In this document: positions 1 to 10,022 of the stretch, in pieces | Numbering within the stretch: the first letter of the stretch is position 1 | Layout: every line of letters starts with the position of its first letter | Assembly: GCA_029974595.1 (NCBI GenBank) | Contig: JARKRC010000063.1 | Coordinates: 149,944 to 213,943, forward strand | Length of the DNA: 64,000 nt | Reading direction: 5' to 3' | Source: Ereboglobus sp. | GTDB taxonomy: Bacteria > Verrucomicrobiota > Verrucomicrobiia > Opitutales > Opitutaceae | Notes under the pieces: model-generated | The model's database searches: none | Told to the model about the DNA's origin: nothing | The model's input: only the letters and a program-made list of their open reading frames with translations | Translations under genes and position numbers: made by a program

Positions 1-32
1 GATTGATGCAAGTTGCGCTATTGCTGATGCCT

Positions 33-1994
33 TTATTCCTCGTTCGCAATCAGGCTCGTGACGACGGAAAAATCCTCCAGGGTCGTCGTGTCGCCTTTCA
101 CTTCTCCTCCGGCGGCGATTTCCTTCAGGATGCGACGCATGATTTTTCCGCTGCGCGTCTTCGGCAATGCGGCGGTGAACCGGATTTGGTCCGGCTTGGC
201 GATCGGGCCGATTTCCTTGCCGACATGCGCGCGCAGCTCCTCTTTCAACTTATCGCATGGCTGCAGGCCGGCCTTCAGCGTCACGAATACCACGAGCGAC
301 TGGCCCTTCAAGTCATCGGGCTTGCCCACGGCGGCGGCCTCGGCGACGGCGTGATGCGATACGAGCGCGCTTTCGATTTCCGCCGTTCCGATGCGATGGC
401 CGGAGACGTTGAGCACGTCGTCAATGCGGCCGACGATCCAGAAATAGCCGTCCTTGTCCTGGCGCGCGCCGTCGCCTGTGATGTAACAATCGCCATTGCC
501 GAGGAGCGGGCTCCAATACGCTTTCCTGAAGCGCGCGTCGTCGCCCCAGAGCGTGCGCAGCATCGAGGGCCAGGGTTTTGTGATGACGAGTTTGCCGCCC
601 GTGTTGCGCGGGACTTCACGGCCCTCGTCATCGACGATTTTTGGCGCGGCGCCGAAGAAGGGCAGGGTGCCGCTGCCGGGTTTGAGCGGTGTCACGCCGG
701 GAAGCGGCGTGATCATGATCGAGCCGGTTTCCGTCTGCCACCACGTATCCACGATTGGGCAGCGTTTTTTTCCGATGAGCGTGTAATACCACATCCAGGC
801 CTCCGGATTGATGGGCTCGCCCACGCTGCCGAGCAGGCGCAGCGAATCGAGGCGGTGGCGCAGCACGTAGTTGTCGCCCCAGCGCATGAAGGCGCGGATC
901 GCGGTCGGCGCCGTGTAGAGGATCGTGATGCCGTGGCGGTCGATCATGCGCCAGAGGCGGTCCGGCTCCGGCTGGTTTGGCGCGCCTTCGTAGATAAATA
1001 CGGTGGCCCCGTTGGAGAGCAGCCCGTAGACGACGTAGCTGTGTCCCGTCACCCAGCCGATGTCGGCGGTGCAGAAGTAGCGGTCGTTTTCCTTGAGGTC
1101 GAAAACGTAATACGCGCTCAGTTTTGCGCCGAGAAGATAACCCGCGCTTGTGTGTAGCACGCCCTTGGGTTTCCCGGTGCTGCCGCTCGTGTACAAAATA
1201 TACAGCGGGTGCTCGCTGTCGAAGGCCTTTGCCTCGTGCCGGTTCGGAGCGCCCTCCCATGCCTCGTGCCACCACACGTCGCGGCCATTGTGCATGTGCA
1301 CGGCGTTTTTGCAGCGGCGCAGCACGAGCACGGTTTGCACGCTCGGCGCGCCTTCGAGCGCCTTGTCCACCGTGGCCTTGAGCTCGACGACTTTTCCGCG
1401 GCGCCAGCCGCCGTCGGCGGTGATGACGAGCCGCGCCTTGCAATCGTTGATGCGGTCCTTGAGCGCCTCGGCGCTGAAACCGCCGAACACGACCGTGTGC
1501 ACGGCGCCGATGCGCGCGCATGCGAGCATGGCGATGATCGCCTCCGGCACCATGGGCAGGTAGATCGCCACGCGATCGCCCGCCACGATCCCGAGGTTTT
1601 CAAAAACATGCGCCAGCCGGTTTACGTGAAACAGCAGCTGCCGGTAGGTGATCGTGCGCACATCGCCCGGCTCGCCCTCGAAAATGATCGCGGCTTTGTT
1701 TTCGCGCGCCGTGCCCATGTGGCGGTCCAGACAGTTCTCGGCGACATTGAGTTTTCCGCCCGCAAACCACTTCGCGTGGGGCGGCGACCACTTCAGGACA
1801 TCGCGAAACGGCTTCCGCCACACAAGCTCCTTGAGAGCCTGCGTCCGCCAAAAACGCTCTGGGTTGTTGACAGACTCCGCATAAAGCTTCTTATATGTCG
1901 CCTGATTTCCAAGATTTGCTTGGCGCTGAAATTCGGCCGAAGGCCTGAAAATCCGGTTTTCCCGGGATACTGAGATAATGGTTTCGTTCGACAC
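33..1994 (-). CDS. acs: acetyl-CoA synthetase (AMP-forming)
   Basis: ORF 33..2078(-). Acs hallmarks are present: [28 protein letters not shown], and C-terminal SGKIMRR. Start placed at in-frame GTG 1994, which gives [19 protein letters not shown] 2054 or 2078 are alternative starts. Confidence 0.9.
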   Translation of the reverse strand: MSNETIISVSRENRIFRPSAEFQRQANLGNQATYKKLYAESVNNPERFWRTQALKELVWRKPFRDVLKWSPPHAKWFAGGKLNVAENCLDRHMGTARENKAAIIFEGEPGDVRTITYRQLLFHVNRLAHVFENLGIVAGDRVAIYLPMVPEAIIAMLACARIGAVHTVVFGGFSAEALKDRINDCKARLVITADGGWRRGKVVELKATVDKALEGAPSVQTVLVLRRCKNAVHMHNGRDVWWHEAWEGAPNRHEAKAFDSEHPLYILYTSGSTGKPKGVLHTSAGYLLGAKLSAYYVFDLKENDRYFCTADIGWVTGHSYVVYGLLSNGATVFIYEGAPNQPEPDRLWRMIDRHGITILYTAPTAIRAFMRWGDNYVLRHRLDSLRLLGSVGEPINPEAWMWYYTLIGKKRCPIVDTWWQTETGSIMITPLPGVTPLKPGSGTLPFFGAAPKIVDDEGREVPRNTGGKLVITKPWPSMLRTLWGDDARFRKAYWSPLLGNGDCYITGDGARQDKDGYFWIVGRIDDVLNVSGHRIGTAEIESALVSHHAVAEAAAVGKPDDLKGQSLVVFVTLKAGLQPCDKLKEELRAHVGKEIGPIAKPDQIRFTAALPKTRSGKIMRRILKEIAAGGEVKGDTTTLEDFSVVTSLIANEE

Positions 1995-2128
1995 GTTTGG
2001 TGTAGCTGATTGTTGGATTGGAGAGCCCCGTATTTGTAAAAACGCGCTCCACATTCCGACATGGGAATCACCCGTCAACTCATCCGAATATTTTTATAAC
2101 TTTTTGAATATAACGAATTTGTAACATA

Positions 2129-3349
2129 ATGGACACAGCAGATACTCCCGCATCAACCGCGCCTGAAAACGCGTCCACGCAACTTCCCGCAGCCGCCGCA
2201 ACGCAGCCTCCCGCGCCAAAGCCGGAGACGCCCGACAACACCATTCGTGTCGAAGGCGTGCTCGACATCGACACGCAGAAAGGCGGCAACGGCCAGCTCC
2301 TCGACCTCGCCCGCTACGGGAAACGCCGCCCGACAGACGTCTTTGTGCCCAAGGAATTGATACGCCGCTTCAAGCTGCGCACCGGCATGATGATCACCGG
2401 CACGGCGTATCCCGCCGAGGGCAAGTTCCCGAATCCAAAGATGAAGTTCATCGAAAAAGTCGACGGCCTCGACATCGATGAACGCCGCGCGAAGTTCGAT
2501 TTCAATTCGCTCACGACCGTCTCGCCCGACAAAATGCTCCGCATGGAAACGAAGGACGAGCGCATGACCACGCGCGCCGTCGATCTTTTCTGCCCCGTCG
2601 GCAAAGGCACCCGCGGCCTCATCGTCGCCCCGCCGCGCACCGGCAAGACCACGCTCCTGCGCGACATGGCGCTCGGCGTCCTCGAAAACAACCCCGAATG
2701 CCACGTGATGATCCTCCTTGTTGACGAACGCCCCGAGGAAGTCACCGATTTCAAGCGCTCCGTCGCCGCCGAAATCTGGGCCTCGTCCAACGACGAACAG
2801 CTCGAAAACCACATCCGCGTGGCCGACCTTTGCATCGAGCGCGCCAAACGACTCGTTGAAACCGGCAGGCACGTTGTGCTCTTTCTCGACTCGATCACGC
2901 GCCTCGCCCGCGCGCACAACAACGCGCGCCACGGCGGCAAAACCATGTCGGGCGGCATCGATTCGCGCGCCATGGAAAAACCGCGCCAGCTCTTTGCGGC
3001 CGCGCGCAACACCGAGGAAGCCGGCTCGCTGACCATCGTCGCCTCCGTGCTCGTCGAAACCGGCAGCCGCATGGACGACATCATTTTCCAGGAGTTCAAA
3101 GGCACCGGCAACATGGAGCTCGTGCTCGACCGCAAGTGCGCCGAGATGCGCCTCTGGCCCGCGATCAACATCGCCAGCTCCGGCACCCGCCGTGAGGAAC
3201 TCCTCATCGACCCCAAGGATTTGGATTCGATTCACTTCTTCCGCCGCGCCCTCGTGCAGCAACGCATTGAGGAAGCCACCGAGACGATGATCATGCGCCT
3301 CTCGAAAACGAAGAGCAACGAGGAGTTCCTCAAACTCATCGCGCGGTAG
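2129..3349 (+). CDS. rho: transcription termination factor Rho
   Basis: ORF 2129..3349. P-loop APPRTGKTTLL, LLVDERPEEV, and GTGNMELVLDR are typical of Rho. The N-terminal extension is low complexity. Confidence 0.95.
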   Translation: MDTADTPASTAPENASTQLPAAAATQPPAPKPETPDNTIRVEGVLDIDTQKGGNGQLLDLARYGKRRPTDVFVPKELIRRFKLRTGMMITGTAYPAEGKFPNPKMKFIEKVDGLDIDERRAKFDFNSLTTVSPDKMLRMETKDERMTTRAVDLFCPVGKGTRGLIVAPPRTGKTTLLRDMALGVLENNPECHVMILLVDERPEEVTDFKRSVAAEIWASSNDEQLENHIRVADLCIERAKRLVETGRHVVLFLDSITRLARAHNNARHGGKTMSGGIDSRAMEKPRQLFAAARNTEEAGSLTIVASVLVETGSRMDDIIFQEFKGTGNMELVLDRKCAEMRLWPAINIASSGTRREELLIDPKDLDSIHFFRRALVQQRIEEATETMIMRLSKTKSNEEFLKLIAR

Positions 3350-3352
3350 TGC

Positions 3353-3955
3353 ATGGCTTCGAGCAAATCCCCGAATAACGCGTGCGACAGGGAAGGGCGG
3401 CTTTCTTGCCGCCCGACGAGGCGAAGCCCCGCCAAAAGCACCGGTGCGGAGATTCGGATTCCGCCAAGACACGCGCTGTTTTTGCTGCTTCTGTTTCTTT
3501 TCGCCTTCCCGTCCGCCCTCCCTGCTTTTTCGGCGGGCGATTACGACACCGTTCTTGTTCCCAAGATAAAAACCTCGGTCTACATTGGCAGCGTCACGCT
3601 TACCATGACGCCGCTGAAGCGCGGTCCCGACGAAATCTACGCCGCCGGCTACAAGGCCGCGGTCGTGCCGTTTTTCATGTTCAATGAAAGCGGCGGTTTC
3701 CGCATCACATTCACGAACGAGCAGCTCGCGCGGCTCGAACGGGGCGAGCGGGTCGAGTTTTCCGGCGACGGCCAAAACAAAAGCGGTTCGCCGCGCCCAA
3801 TCACCGGCCATGTGACCGCCGACGCCCCCGGCGCCAAAACCGGCAAAATCAAGGTGCGTGTTTTTGTGACGAAAAAAATCGCGCTCGTTTTTGACTCGAC
3901 CTACGAATTTGCCGCAACGGCAGAACCGGCTCCCGCCGTCGCCGCCCCGCCATGA
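3353..3955 (+). CDS. hypothetical secreted protein
   Basis: ORF with a hydrophobic signal-like segment (LFLLLLFLFAFPSALPAFSA) followed by a beta-rich body. The true start is probably downstream of ATG 3353, because a GC hairpin (3395-3414) lies inside the annotated N-terminus. Confidence 0.5.
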   Translation: MASSKSPNNACDREGRLSCRPTRRSPAKSTGAEIRIPPRHALFLLLLFLFAFPSALPAFSAGDYDTVLVPKIKTSVYIGSVTLTMTPLKRGPDEIYAAGYKAAVVPFFMFNESGGFRITFTNEQLARLERGERVEFSGDGQNKSGSPRPITGHVTADAPGAKTGKIKVRVFVTKKIALVFDSTYEFAATAEPAPAVAAPP

Positions 3956-4199
3956 AACGCCGGGAAAGGACGGGTTGAGTGGCACGGGCATCCTGCCCGT
4001 GTGGCGCATTGGACATGGGCAAGATGGGATATTAACGAGTGGATGCGATGGCACGAAGCAATGAAAAAGGCCCTTGGCCTCGCGACCGCGAACACCCGCT
4101 TTCGAACCGCCTAGTCTGACGACGGTCTGAGTTCCGTCCGGCGCCTTTTGATCATTCCTTGGCTTGGCAAACGCTCTCGCTCGCGCAAAGTCTGCTCGC

Positions 4200-4376
4200 A
4201 TGAAGACAACCGCCCTCAAAAAGCCCGCCCGCCGCACAACCGGCAAACGCGCGATGCCAAAACACGCTTCCGCAAATCCATCCAAGCGCGCTATTGCCGA
4301 GGCTTGGGCGCGCTCATCTGGCATTGTGAATACGGGTATTGGAAACCTCTCAACCCGTGAAGGCCTCGGCGATTAA
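4200..4376 (+). CDS. putative antitoxin (small basic protein upstream of a PIN gene)
   Basis: A 58-aa ORF (MKTTALKKPARR...LSTREGLGD) whose 3' end overlaps the start of the PIN reading frame. This is a typical type II TA arrangement. No family could be assigned by eye. Confidence 0.4.
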   Translation: MKTTALKKPARRTTGKRAMPKHASANPSKRAIAEAWARSSGIVNTGIGNLSTREGLGD

Positions 4377-4781
4377 TTACTTTGTTGATACCGGGCCGCT
4401 TGTCGCGCACTTGGACAAGTCCGACCAGTGGCATAAGTGGGGCACTTCGACAATCCGCGCCCTTGGCGAAACGCTGCACACCACGGAGGCCGTTATCACG
4501 GAAGTATTCCACCATTTGCACAGGCATCGCCCGGCATCGACGAACTGTTGCAGCACATTGAGGAAGGTGTTGTTCAGGTGCATCCGATTTTTCCAGCGCA
4601 GACCAGGCGCATAAAAGAAATGTTTGGCAAATATGACCGCATGGATCTTGCCGACGCCACCCTTGTTGCCCTTTCGGAGCAATATCCACGTGCAAAGCTT
4701 ATCACGATAGGCCGCACTGATTTCACCATTTACAGGCGTAAGGACGGCAAACCCGTGCCGTGCATCATGCCGCCGGAATGA
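4357..4781 (+). pseudogene. PIN-domain (VapC-like) toxin, disrupted by a 1-nt frameshift
   Basis: The N-terminal PIN half (INYFVDTGPLVAHLD...TTEAVITEVFHHL) is in the frame of ORF 4339..4614. The C-terminal half (GIDELLQHIEEG...DLADATLVALSEQYPRAKLITIGRTDF) is in the frame of ORF 4437..4781. The frames switch near 4515-4535. Confidence 0.6.
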
Positions 4782-4811
4782 TCGCGAATCACTTCGCCGC
4801 ATCCGTCGCCA

Positions 4812-5015
4812 TCACCCCGGCGCTTCGCGTGTCGCTTCCGATGTGAAATCGTGTGCGATCTTGCGTCCGTCCTGATCGCACCAGTGCAGGAAAAAGCGCT
4901 TTTGCCCGGCGGGCTTTTCGTAAGCAATTATTCCGCGCATGGGAGGGGGATGAGAAGGCGTCACAAAAACGGCAGCCTTGCTTTCGGGAATGTCCGGTGT
5001 CCGTTTGGTGTCCAT
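4812..5015 (-). CDS. small hypothetical protein
   Basis: This is the only protein-like frame in this gap (MDTKRTPDIPESKAAVFVT...KRFFLHWCDQDGRKIAHDF). No recognisable family. Confidence 0.3.
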   Translation of the reverse strand: MDTKRTPDIPESKAAVFVTPSHPPPMRGIIAYEKPAGQKRFFLHWCDQDGRKIAHDFTSEATREAPG

Positions 5016-5082
5016 CCCGGCACACAACCACGCACAACGGAAACGAAAATCCCTCTATGAAAACGCGTTTTGGGAGGGCAAA

Positions 5083-5159
5083 TGGTGGACGCTACTGGAC
5101 TCGAACCAGTGACCCCGTGCGTGTGAAGCACGTGCTCTAACCAACTGAGCTAAGCGTCC
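5083..5159 (-). tRNA. tRNA-Val (anticodon CAC)
   Basis: The reverse complement reads GGACGCTTAGCTCAGTTGGTTAGAGCACGTGCTTCACACGCACGGGGTCACTGGTTCGAGTCCAGTAGCGTCCACCA. It has a 7-bp acceptor stem, a GGTTCGAGTCC T-arm, anticodon loop TTCACAC, and an encoded CCA. Confidence 0.92.
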
Positions 5160-5361
5160 GGGACGTTTTTCACGCAAAAAAACGCGAGCACGCCACCGTG
5201 CCCGTCCGCGCGCGGAAATCAACACTGATTTTTCTCCAATTTCGCCGCTTGCTCCTGCGCCTCCAACCCTGCACGTTGTCCCGTTTCAATTCTCACAGCA
5301 CTTCCGCAATCGCCACACACAACTGCGCCGCCCATATCGCACCAGACCATTTCCGCATAGC

Positions 5362-7155
5362 ATGGACGACCTCCTGACACGTAATTTCTGCATCATCGCC
5401 CACGTCGACCATGGAAAGACGACGCTTTCCGACCGCCTGCTCGAATACACCAACACCGTCGAGCAACGCGTCCTCACCGACCAGCATCTCGATTCCATGG
5501 ATATCGAGAAAGAGCGCGGCATCACCATCAAGAGCCACCCCGTCACGATGACCTACCGCGCCAAGGACGGGCGCGCCTACAAGCTCAATCTCATGGACAC
5601 GCCGGGCCACGTCGATTTCTCCTACGAGGTGTCGCGTTCCCTCGCTGCGTGCGAAGGCGCCGTGCTTCTCATCGACGCCGCGCAAGGCGTCGAGGCCCAA
5701 ACCGTCGCCAACGCCCATCTTGCGAGTTCGCAGAATCTTAAAATCATCCCCGTCATCAACAAAATCGACCTGCCGAGCGCCAATCTCGAACTCTGTCTCC
5801 GGCAGCTCGAAGACATTCTTTTCATCCCGCACGACGAAGCCATCCTCGCCTCCGGCAAATCCGGCATTGGCATTCAGGACATCCTCGAAGCCGTGGTCAC
5901 CCGCATCTCCGCGCCCCGCTGGCGCGATTATCCGCAGACACGCGCGCTCGTGTTCGATTCCCTCTACGATTCCTACCGCGGCGTCATCACCTACACGCGC
6001 GTGTTCTCCGGTTCGCTCAAGGCCGGCGACGCCATGACGCTCATGAGCACCGGCCAGAAATACGAAATCAAGGAGGTCGGCGTCTTCACCCCGAAAATGG
6101 AAAAAGTCGATATCCTCGGCGAAGGCGACGTCGGTTATGTCGTTTCCAACATCAAGGACACTTCCGATATCAAGATCGGCGACACCATCACGCAGACGCG
6201 CCAGCCCGCCACCGAGATGCTCCCCGGCTACAAGGAAGTCCGCCCCATGGTTTTTTGCGGCCTGTATCCGCTTGAGTCCAACGACTACGAAAAACTCAAG
6301 GCCGCGCTCGGGCGCCTCCGCCTCAACGACGCCGCGTTCCAATACCAATCCGAAAGCTCCATCGCGCTCGGCTTCGGCTTCCGCTGCGGCTTCCTCGGGC
6401 TCCTGCACATGGAGATCATCCAGGAACGCATCCGCCGCGAGCACGACGTGGAAATCATCTCGACCTATCCGAGCGTCGTTTATCACGTCAAACCGCACGG
6501 CCAGCCCGAGATCGACGTGGACAACCCCGTGCTTCTTCCCGATCCCGGCACGATCGAATACATCGCCGAGCCCACGATCAAGGCGTCCATCCTCATCCCG
6601 AACACGGAAATGGGCGACATCCTCTCGCTCATCATGGAAAAGCGCGGCGCCGTCGAGCACACCGACACGCTCGACGCCAACCGCGTCATGCTCACCGCGA
6701 TCCTTCCGCTCAATGAAATCCTCGTCGATTTCAACGACCGCCTGAAAAGCATCACGCACGGCTACGGTTCGATGGATTACGAGCTTGGCGACTACCGTCC
6801 CGACGATCTTGTGAAAATGGACATCCTCATCAACGGCGACCCGGTTGACGCCTTTTCGAGCATCGTGCACCGCACCAAGGCCGAAGGCAAAGGCCGCGAG
6901 CTTTGCGAAAAACTCGCCGAGATCATCCCGCCCCAGATGTTCCGCGTCGCGATCCAGGCGGCCATTGGCGGGAAAATAATCGCCCGCGAAAACGTCCGCG
7001 AAATGCGCAAGGACGTCACCGCGAAATGCTACGGCGGCGACATCACCCGCAAGCGCAAGCTCCTCGAAAAACAAAAAGAGGGCAAAAAGAAGATGAAACA
7101 AATCGGCAAAGTCTCGATCCCGCCGGATGCGTTCATCCAGGTGCTCAAAAATTAA
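5362..7155 (+). CDS. lepA: translation elongation factor 4 (LepA)
   Basis: GTPase motifs [25 protein letters not shown], plus the LepA-specific C-terminal domain. Confidence 0.97.
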   Translation: MDDLLTRNFCIIAHVDHGKTTLSDRLLEYTNTVEQRVLTDQHLDSMDIEKERGITIKSHPVTMTYRAKDGRAYKLNLMDTPGHVDFSYEVSRSLAACEGAVLLIDAAQGVEAQTVANAHLASSQNLKIIPVINKIDLPSANLELCLRQLEDILFIPHDEAILASGKSGIGIQDILEAVVTRISAPRWRDYPQTRALVFDSLYDSYRGVITYTRVFSGSLKAGDAMTLMSTGQKYEIKEVGVFTPKMEKVDILGEGDVGYVVSNIKDTSDIKIGDTITQTRQPATEMLPGYKEVRPMVFCGLYPLESNDYEKLKAALGRLRLNDAAFQYQSESSIALGFGFRCGFLGLLHMEIIQERIRREHDVEIISTYPSVVYHVKPHGQPEIDVDNPVLLPDPGTIEYIAEPTIKASILIPNTEMGDILSLIMEKRGAVEHTDTLDANRVMLTAILPLNEILVDFNDRLKSITHGYGSMDYELGDYRPDDLVKMDILINGDPVDAFSSIVHRTKAEGKGRELCEKLAEIIPPQMFRVAIQAAIGGKIIARENVREMRKDVTAKCYGGDITRKRKLLEKQKEGKKKMKQIGKVSIPPDAFIQVLKN

Positions 7156-7158
7156 TCG

Positions 7159-7248
7159 AAAGTAGCGAGTAGCGGGTAGCGAGTAGTGAGTAGAAAAACA
7201 TTGCCGCCACCGCCAGCCAACTACTCGCTACTCACTACCCGCTACTTT
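7159..7248. repeat. intergenic hairpin with 7-nt-word arms (GTAGYGR)n
   Basis: Left arm aaagtagcgagtagcgggtagcgagtagtgagtag. Right arm ctactcgctactcactacccgctacttt. It fills the lepA-lepB spacer. Confidence 0.8.
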
Positions 7249-7258
7249 ATTCCACATC

Positions 7259-8575
7259 ATGTTCGGCCTTTTCACATCCCCCGAAAAACAAATGCGCGAC
7301 AACGCGCGCAACTGGCTCGATGTCGCGGATCGTATTTACAACTACCGCCGCGACCAGTTGAGCGAGGCCGCCCTTTCCGACCTGCGGCAGAAAACCGAGG
7401 CGCTCCGCGCCCGCGTCCGCGAAAAAGCCGACGCCGCCAGGCTCAAGCTCGCCATCGAGGAACTCGAACCCGTGCTCGCCCGCAACGGCGGGCGCATTTA
7501 TCCGCACAGCGGCATTCGCGAGTGGGTGGAGTTTTTTATCGTCGCCGCGATTCTCCTCGTCGGCTCGCGGCAGTTTTTTGCGCAGCCTTTCAAGATTCCC
7601 ACAAACTCAATGTGGCCCACTTACAACGGTATGGTGCCCGAAGTCCACGCCACGACGGACGCCGAGCCGGGCGCGGCGGCCCGCGTGTTTCGCAAGCTGA
7701 CTTTGGGCGCCAGCGCCTATCGAATCGATGCCCAGGCCAGCGGCGAGGTGCTCATTCCGATCACCGAGGAGAGGCTTTTCCGCTCGCCCGCGAAGGGCCG
7801 CCAGTTCATCGTCTTTCCTCAAGCCCAATACCGATACGAGCTTTTCGTCGGCAGCGAGCGCAAGCTCCCCAACGGCACGACCGCCTACGACATCAAGCCG
7901 CTCGCAAGTATTTCCGTTCCGACCGATTTCGATATGCCCATGCTTTATCGCGACGCCTTTGCGCCGGGCGCATTCGATTTCAGCGCCGCCGCCCGCGCAT
8001 GGCGGTATGTTGACGACATCGTTGCCGATGCCGATGGCCGCCCGATGCGCGTCCGTTTTCTTCGCACCGGCAAACACGTGCGCGCGGGCGAGCGCGTTCT
8101 CTCCTTCGACATCATCACCGGCGACCAGCTCTTTGTTGATCGCATCAGCTACCATTTTGTCCGGCCGCAGATTGGCTCCGGTTTTGTTTTCCGCACGACG
8201 AACATCCCCGGAACGCTCGATGAGCGCGGCAATCACATCAACAGCTATTACATCAAGCGCCTCGCCGGAATCCCCGGCGACAAACTCGAAATCCGCAGCG
8301 GCGTTCTTTATCGCAACGGCGCGCCCATCGACGGCGCGCAGGCCTTCGCCGACAATGCCGCGCGCACCGGCAAATACAGGGGCTACCAAAACACCGGCCT
8401 GCTCGCGGCGGGCAGAACCCACGCCGTGTCCGCCGACGGCTACATCGCGCTCGGCGACAATTCATACAGCAGCTCGGACAGCCGCTATTGGGGCGAAGTC
8501 CCGAAGCGCGACGCTGTGGGCCGTCCGCTCTGGGTCTTTTATCCGTTCGGCAGCCATTGGGGCGCGGCGAAGTGA
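7259..8575 (+). CDS. lepB: signal peptidase I
   Basis: S26 boxes are present: IPTNSMWPTY, GDQLFVDRISY, YIKRLAGIPGD, GDNSYSSSDSRYWG. Confidence 0.9.
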   Translation: MFGLFTSPEKQMRDNARNWLDVADRIYNYRRDQLSEAALSDLRQKTEALRARVREKADAARLKLAIEELEPVLARNGGRIYPHSGIREWVEFFIVAAILLVGSRQFFAQPFKIPTNSMWPTYNGMVPEVHATTDAEPGAAARVFRKLTLGASAYRIDAQASGEVLIPITEERLFRSPAKGRQFIVFPQAQYRYELFVGSERKLPNGTTAYDIKPLASISVPTDFDMPMLYRDAFAPGAFDFSAAARAWRYVDDIVADADGRPMRVRFLRTGKHVRAGERVLSFDIITGDQLFVDRISYHFVRPQIGSGFVFRTTNIPGTLDERGNHINSYYIKRLAGIPGDKLEIRSGVLYRNGAPIDGAQAFADNAARTGKYRGYQNTGLLAAGRTHAVSADGYIALGDNSYSSSDSRYWGEVPKRDAVGRPLWVFYPFGSHWGAAK

Positions 8576-8641
8576 AAGCGTGCCGCCCCTCTTGAGCGTT
8601 GCGCGGCTCCGCGCGCGGGCAAGAATGCCGCCGCCCGTTTT

Positions 8642-9784
8642 ATGAAATACACGCCCGCCAAGCCGCCGCTTACCGGCGAAACGCTCGAAACACTTGCCGT
8701 CCGCCTCGCGGAGCGCGGCGAGCCGGCGTTCCGCGCGAAGCAGATCCTCGAATGGGTGTATAAAAAACGCGCGCGTTCCTGGGACGCGATGAGCAATCTT
8801 TCCAAGCCGCTCCGCGCGTGGCTGGCCGATACGTTTGAATTGATGCCCGCCGCGCTCGTCCTCGGACGCCAGTCGGCCGACGTGACCGACAAGCTCCTGC
8901 TCGAACTTGGCGACCGCTCGCTCATCGAGACGGTCATCATCCGCGCGCCGCAGGAGGGCGTGGGCGTCGATCATTCGCGCAAGACGATCTGCATTTCAAC
9001 GCAGGTCGGCTGTGCGATGGCGTGTGCGTTTTGCGCGAGCGGGCTCGCCGGCCTCAAGCGCGATCTCACCGCGGGCGAAATCGTGGCGCAGCTCCTGCAC
9101 GTCTGCTATCGCGAGGACGCGCTCACGCCGCGCGCGCGCGCCGAGCTGGCGTCGTTCGACAACATCGTTGTCATGGGCATGGGCGAGCCGCTGGCAAATT
9201 ACGACGCGCTCATCCGCGCGCTCACGATTGTGAACGCGGAATGGGGTCTCGGTTTCGGGGCGCGGCGCATCACGATTTCGACGAGCGGCCTCGTGCCGAA
9301 AATCCTGAAACTCGCCGGCGAGCAGCTCGGTTTCCGCCTGGCGATTTCCCTGCACGGTGCGACCGACGAGGTGCGCGAAAAAATCATGCCCGTGAACAAG
9401 GCGTATCCGCTTGCGAAATTGCTGCCCGCCGTGAAGGCGTTTTCCGAAAAACACGGACGCATGATCACGCTGGAGTTCATCCTGATCGAGGATGTGAACG
9501 ACTCGCTCGACCAGGCGGAAAAGCTGCGCGACATCGCGCTCGATTTGCACGCGCACGTGAACCTGATCCCCTACAATACCGTGGAGGGTTTGCCTTGGAA
9601 GCGCCCGAGCAACAACCGGCAGGAACGCTTTGCCGGCGTGCTCCGCGACGCGCGCGTGTCGGTGACCCTGCGCCGCGAAAAAGGCCACGACATCGACGCC
9701 GCCTGCGGCCAGTTGCGTCTGAAAACGGAGAAGGAGCGCGAGGCGGTTGAATCAAATTCTCAATCCGGGTTTGGACAGGATTAA
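8642..9784 (+). CDS. rlmN: 23S rRNA (adenine2503-C2)-methyltransferase, radical SAM
   Basis: Radical-SAM cluster CAMACAFC, GMGEPLANY, and an RlmN/Cfr-like overall sequence. Confidence 0.93.
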   Translation: MKYTPAKPPLTGETLETLAVRLAERGEPAFRAKQILEWVYKKRARSWDAMSNLSKPLRAWLADTFELMPAALVLGRQSADVTDKLLLELGDRSLIETVIIRAPQEGVGVDHSRKTICISTQVGCAMACAFCASGLAGLKRDLTAGEIVAQLLHVCYREDALTPRARAELASFDNIVVMGMGEPLANYDALIRALTIVNAEWGLGFGARRITISTSGLVPKILKLAGEQLGFRLAISLHGATDEVREKIMPVNKAYPLAKLLPAVKAFSEKHGRMITLEFILIEDVNDSLDQAEKLRDIALDLHAHVNLIPYNTVEGLPWKRPSNNRQERFAGVLRDARVSVTLRREKGHDIDAACGQLRLKTEKEREAVESNSQSGFGQD

Positions 9785-9837
9785 CAGGATGTACCGGATG
9801 AAAAACAAGGCATCCTGTTAATCTTGTTCATCCTGTC
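9774..9837. repeat. hairpin repeat (ACAGGAT words) overlapping the rlmN stop
   Basis: gacaggattaacaggatg pairs with catcctgttaatcttgttcatcctgtc. It contains a perfect 11-bp inverted repeat ttaacaggatg/catcctgttaa. Confidence 0.7.
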
Positions 9838-9918
9838 TAAATTTCTGGTTTCCGTTCTCCGTCTTTCGATCTTCGTTTGGCTTTCTTTTGCTGTGGAGTG
9901 AAAGAGTGGCGCGTCAGC

Positions 9919-10006
9919 GCCGTAGCGCAGGCTTCCAGCCTGCCCATGCCACTCAATATCTCAACCCGCTCAATCCGGAATGCAGACTGGAAGTCTGCGC
10001 TACGGC
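9919..10006. repeat. inverted pair of palindromic repeat units
   Basis: gccgtagcgcaggcttccagcctgc (9919-9943) matches the reverse complement of gcagactggaagtctgcgctacggc (9982-10006). Each unit is itself palindromic. It lies between the convergent rlmN and the sigma54 activator gene. Confidence 0.75.
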
Positions 10007-10022
10007 TGGCGTTTCTGTGACC

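Noticed and set aside
3395-3414. Hairpin gggcggc-tttctt-gccgccc downstream of rho, considered as an intrinsic terminator.
   Set aside because: No U-tract follows it, and it lies inside the nominal N-terminus of the next ORF. I use it only as evidence that the next gene starts further downstream.
4085-4135. tRNA-like fragment (…gctttcgaaccgcc…) that could have been an att-type duplicate of the tRNA-Val 3' end flanking the TA islet.
   Set aside because: The sequences flanking the TTCGAA core do not pair into a T-stem, and there is no extended identity to the tRNA-Val 3' half.
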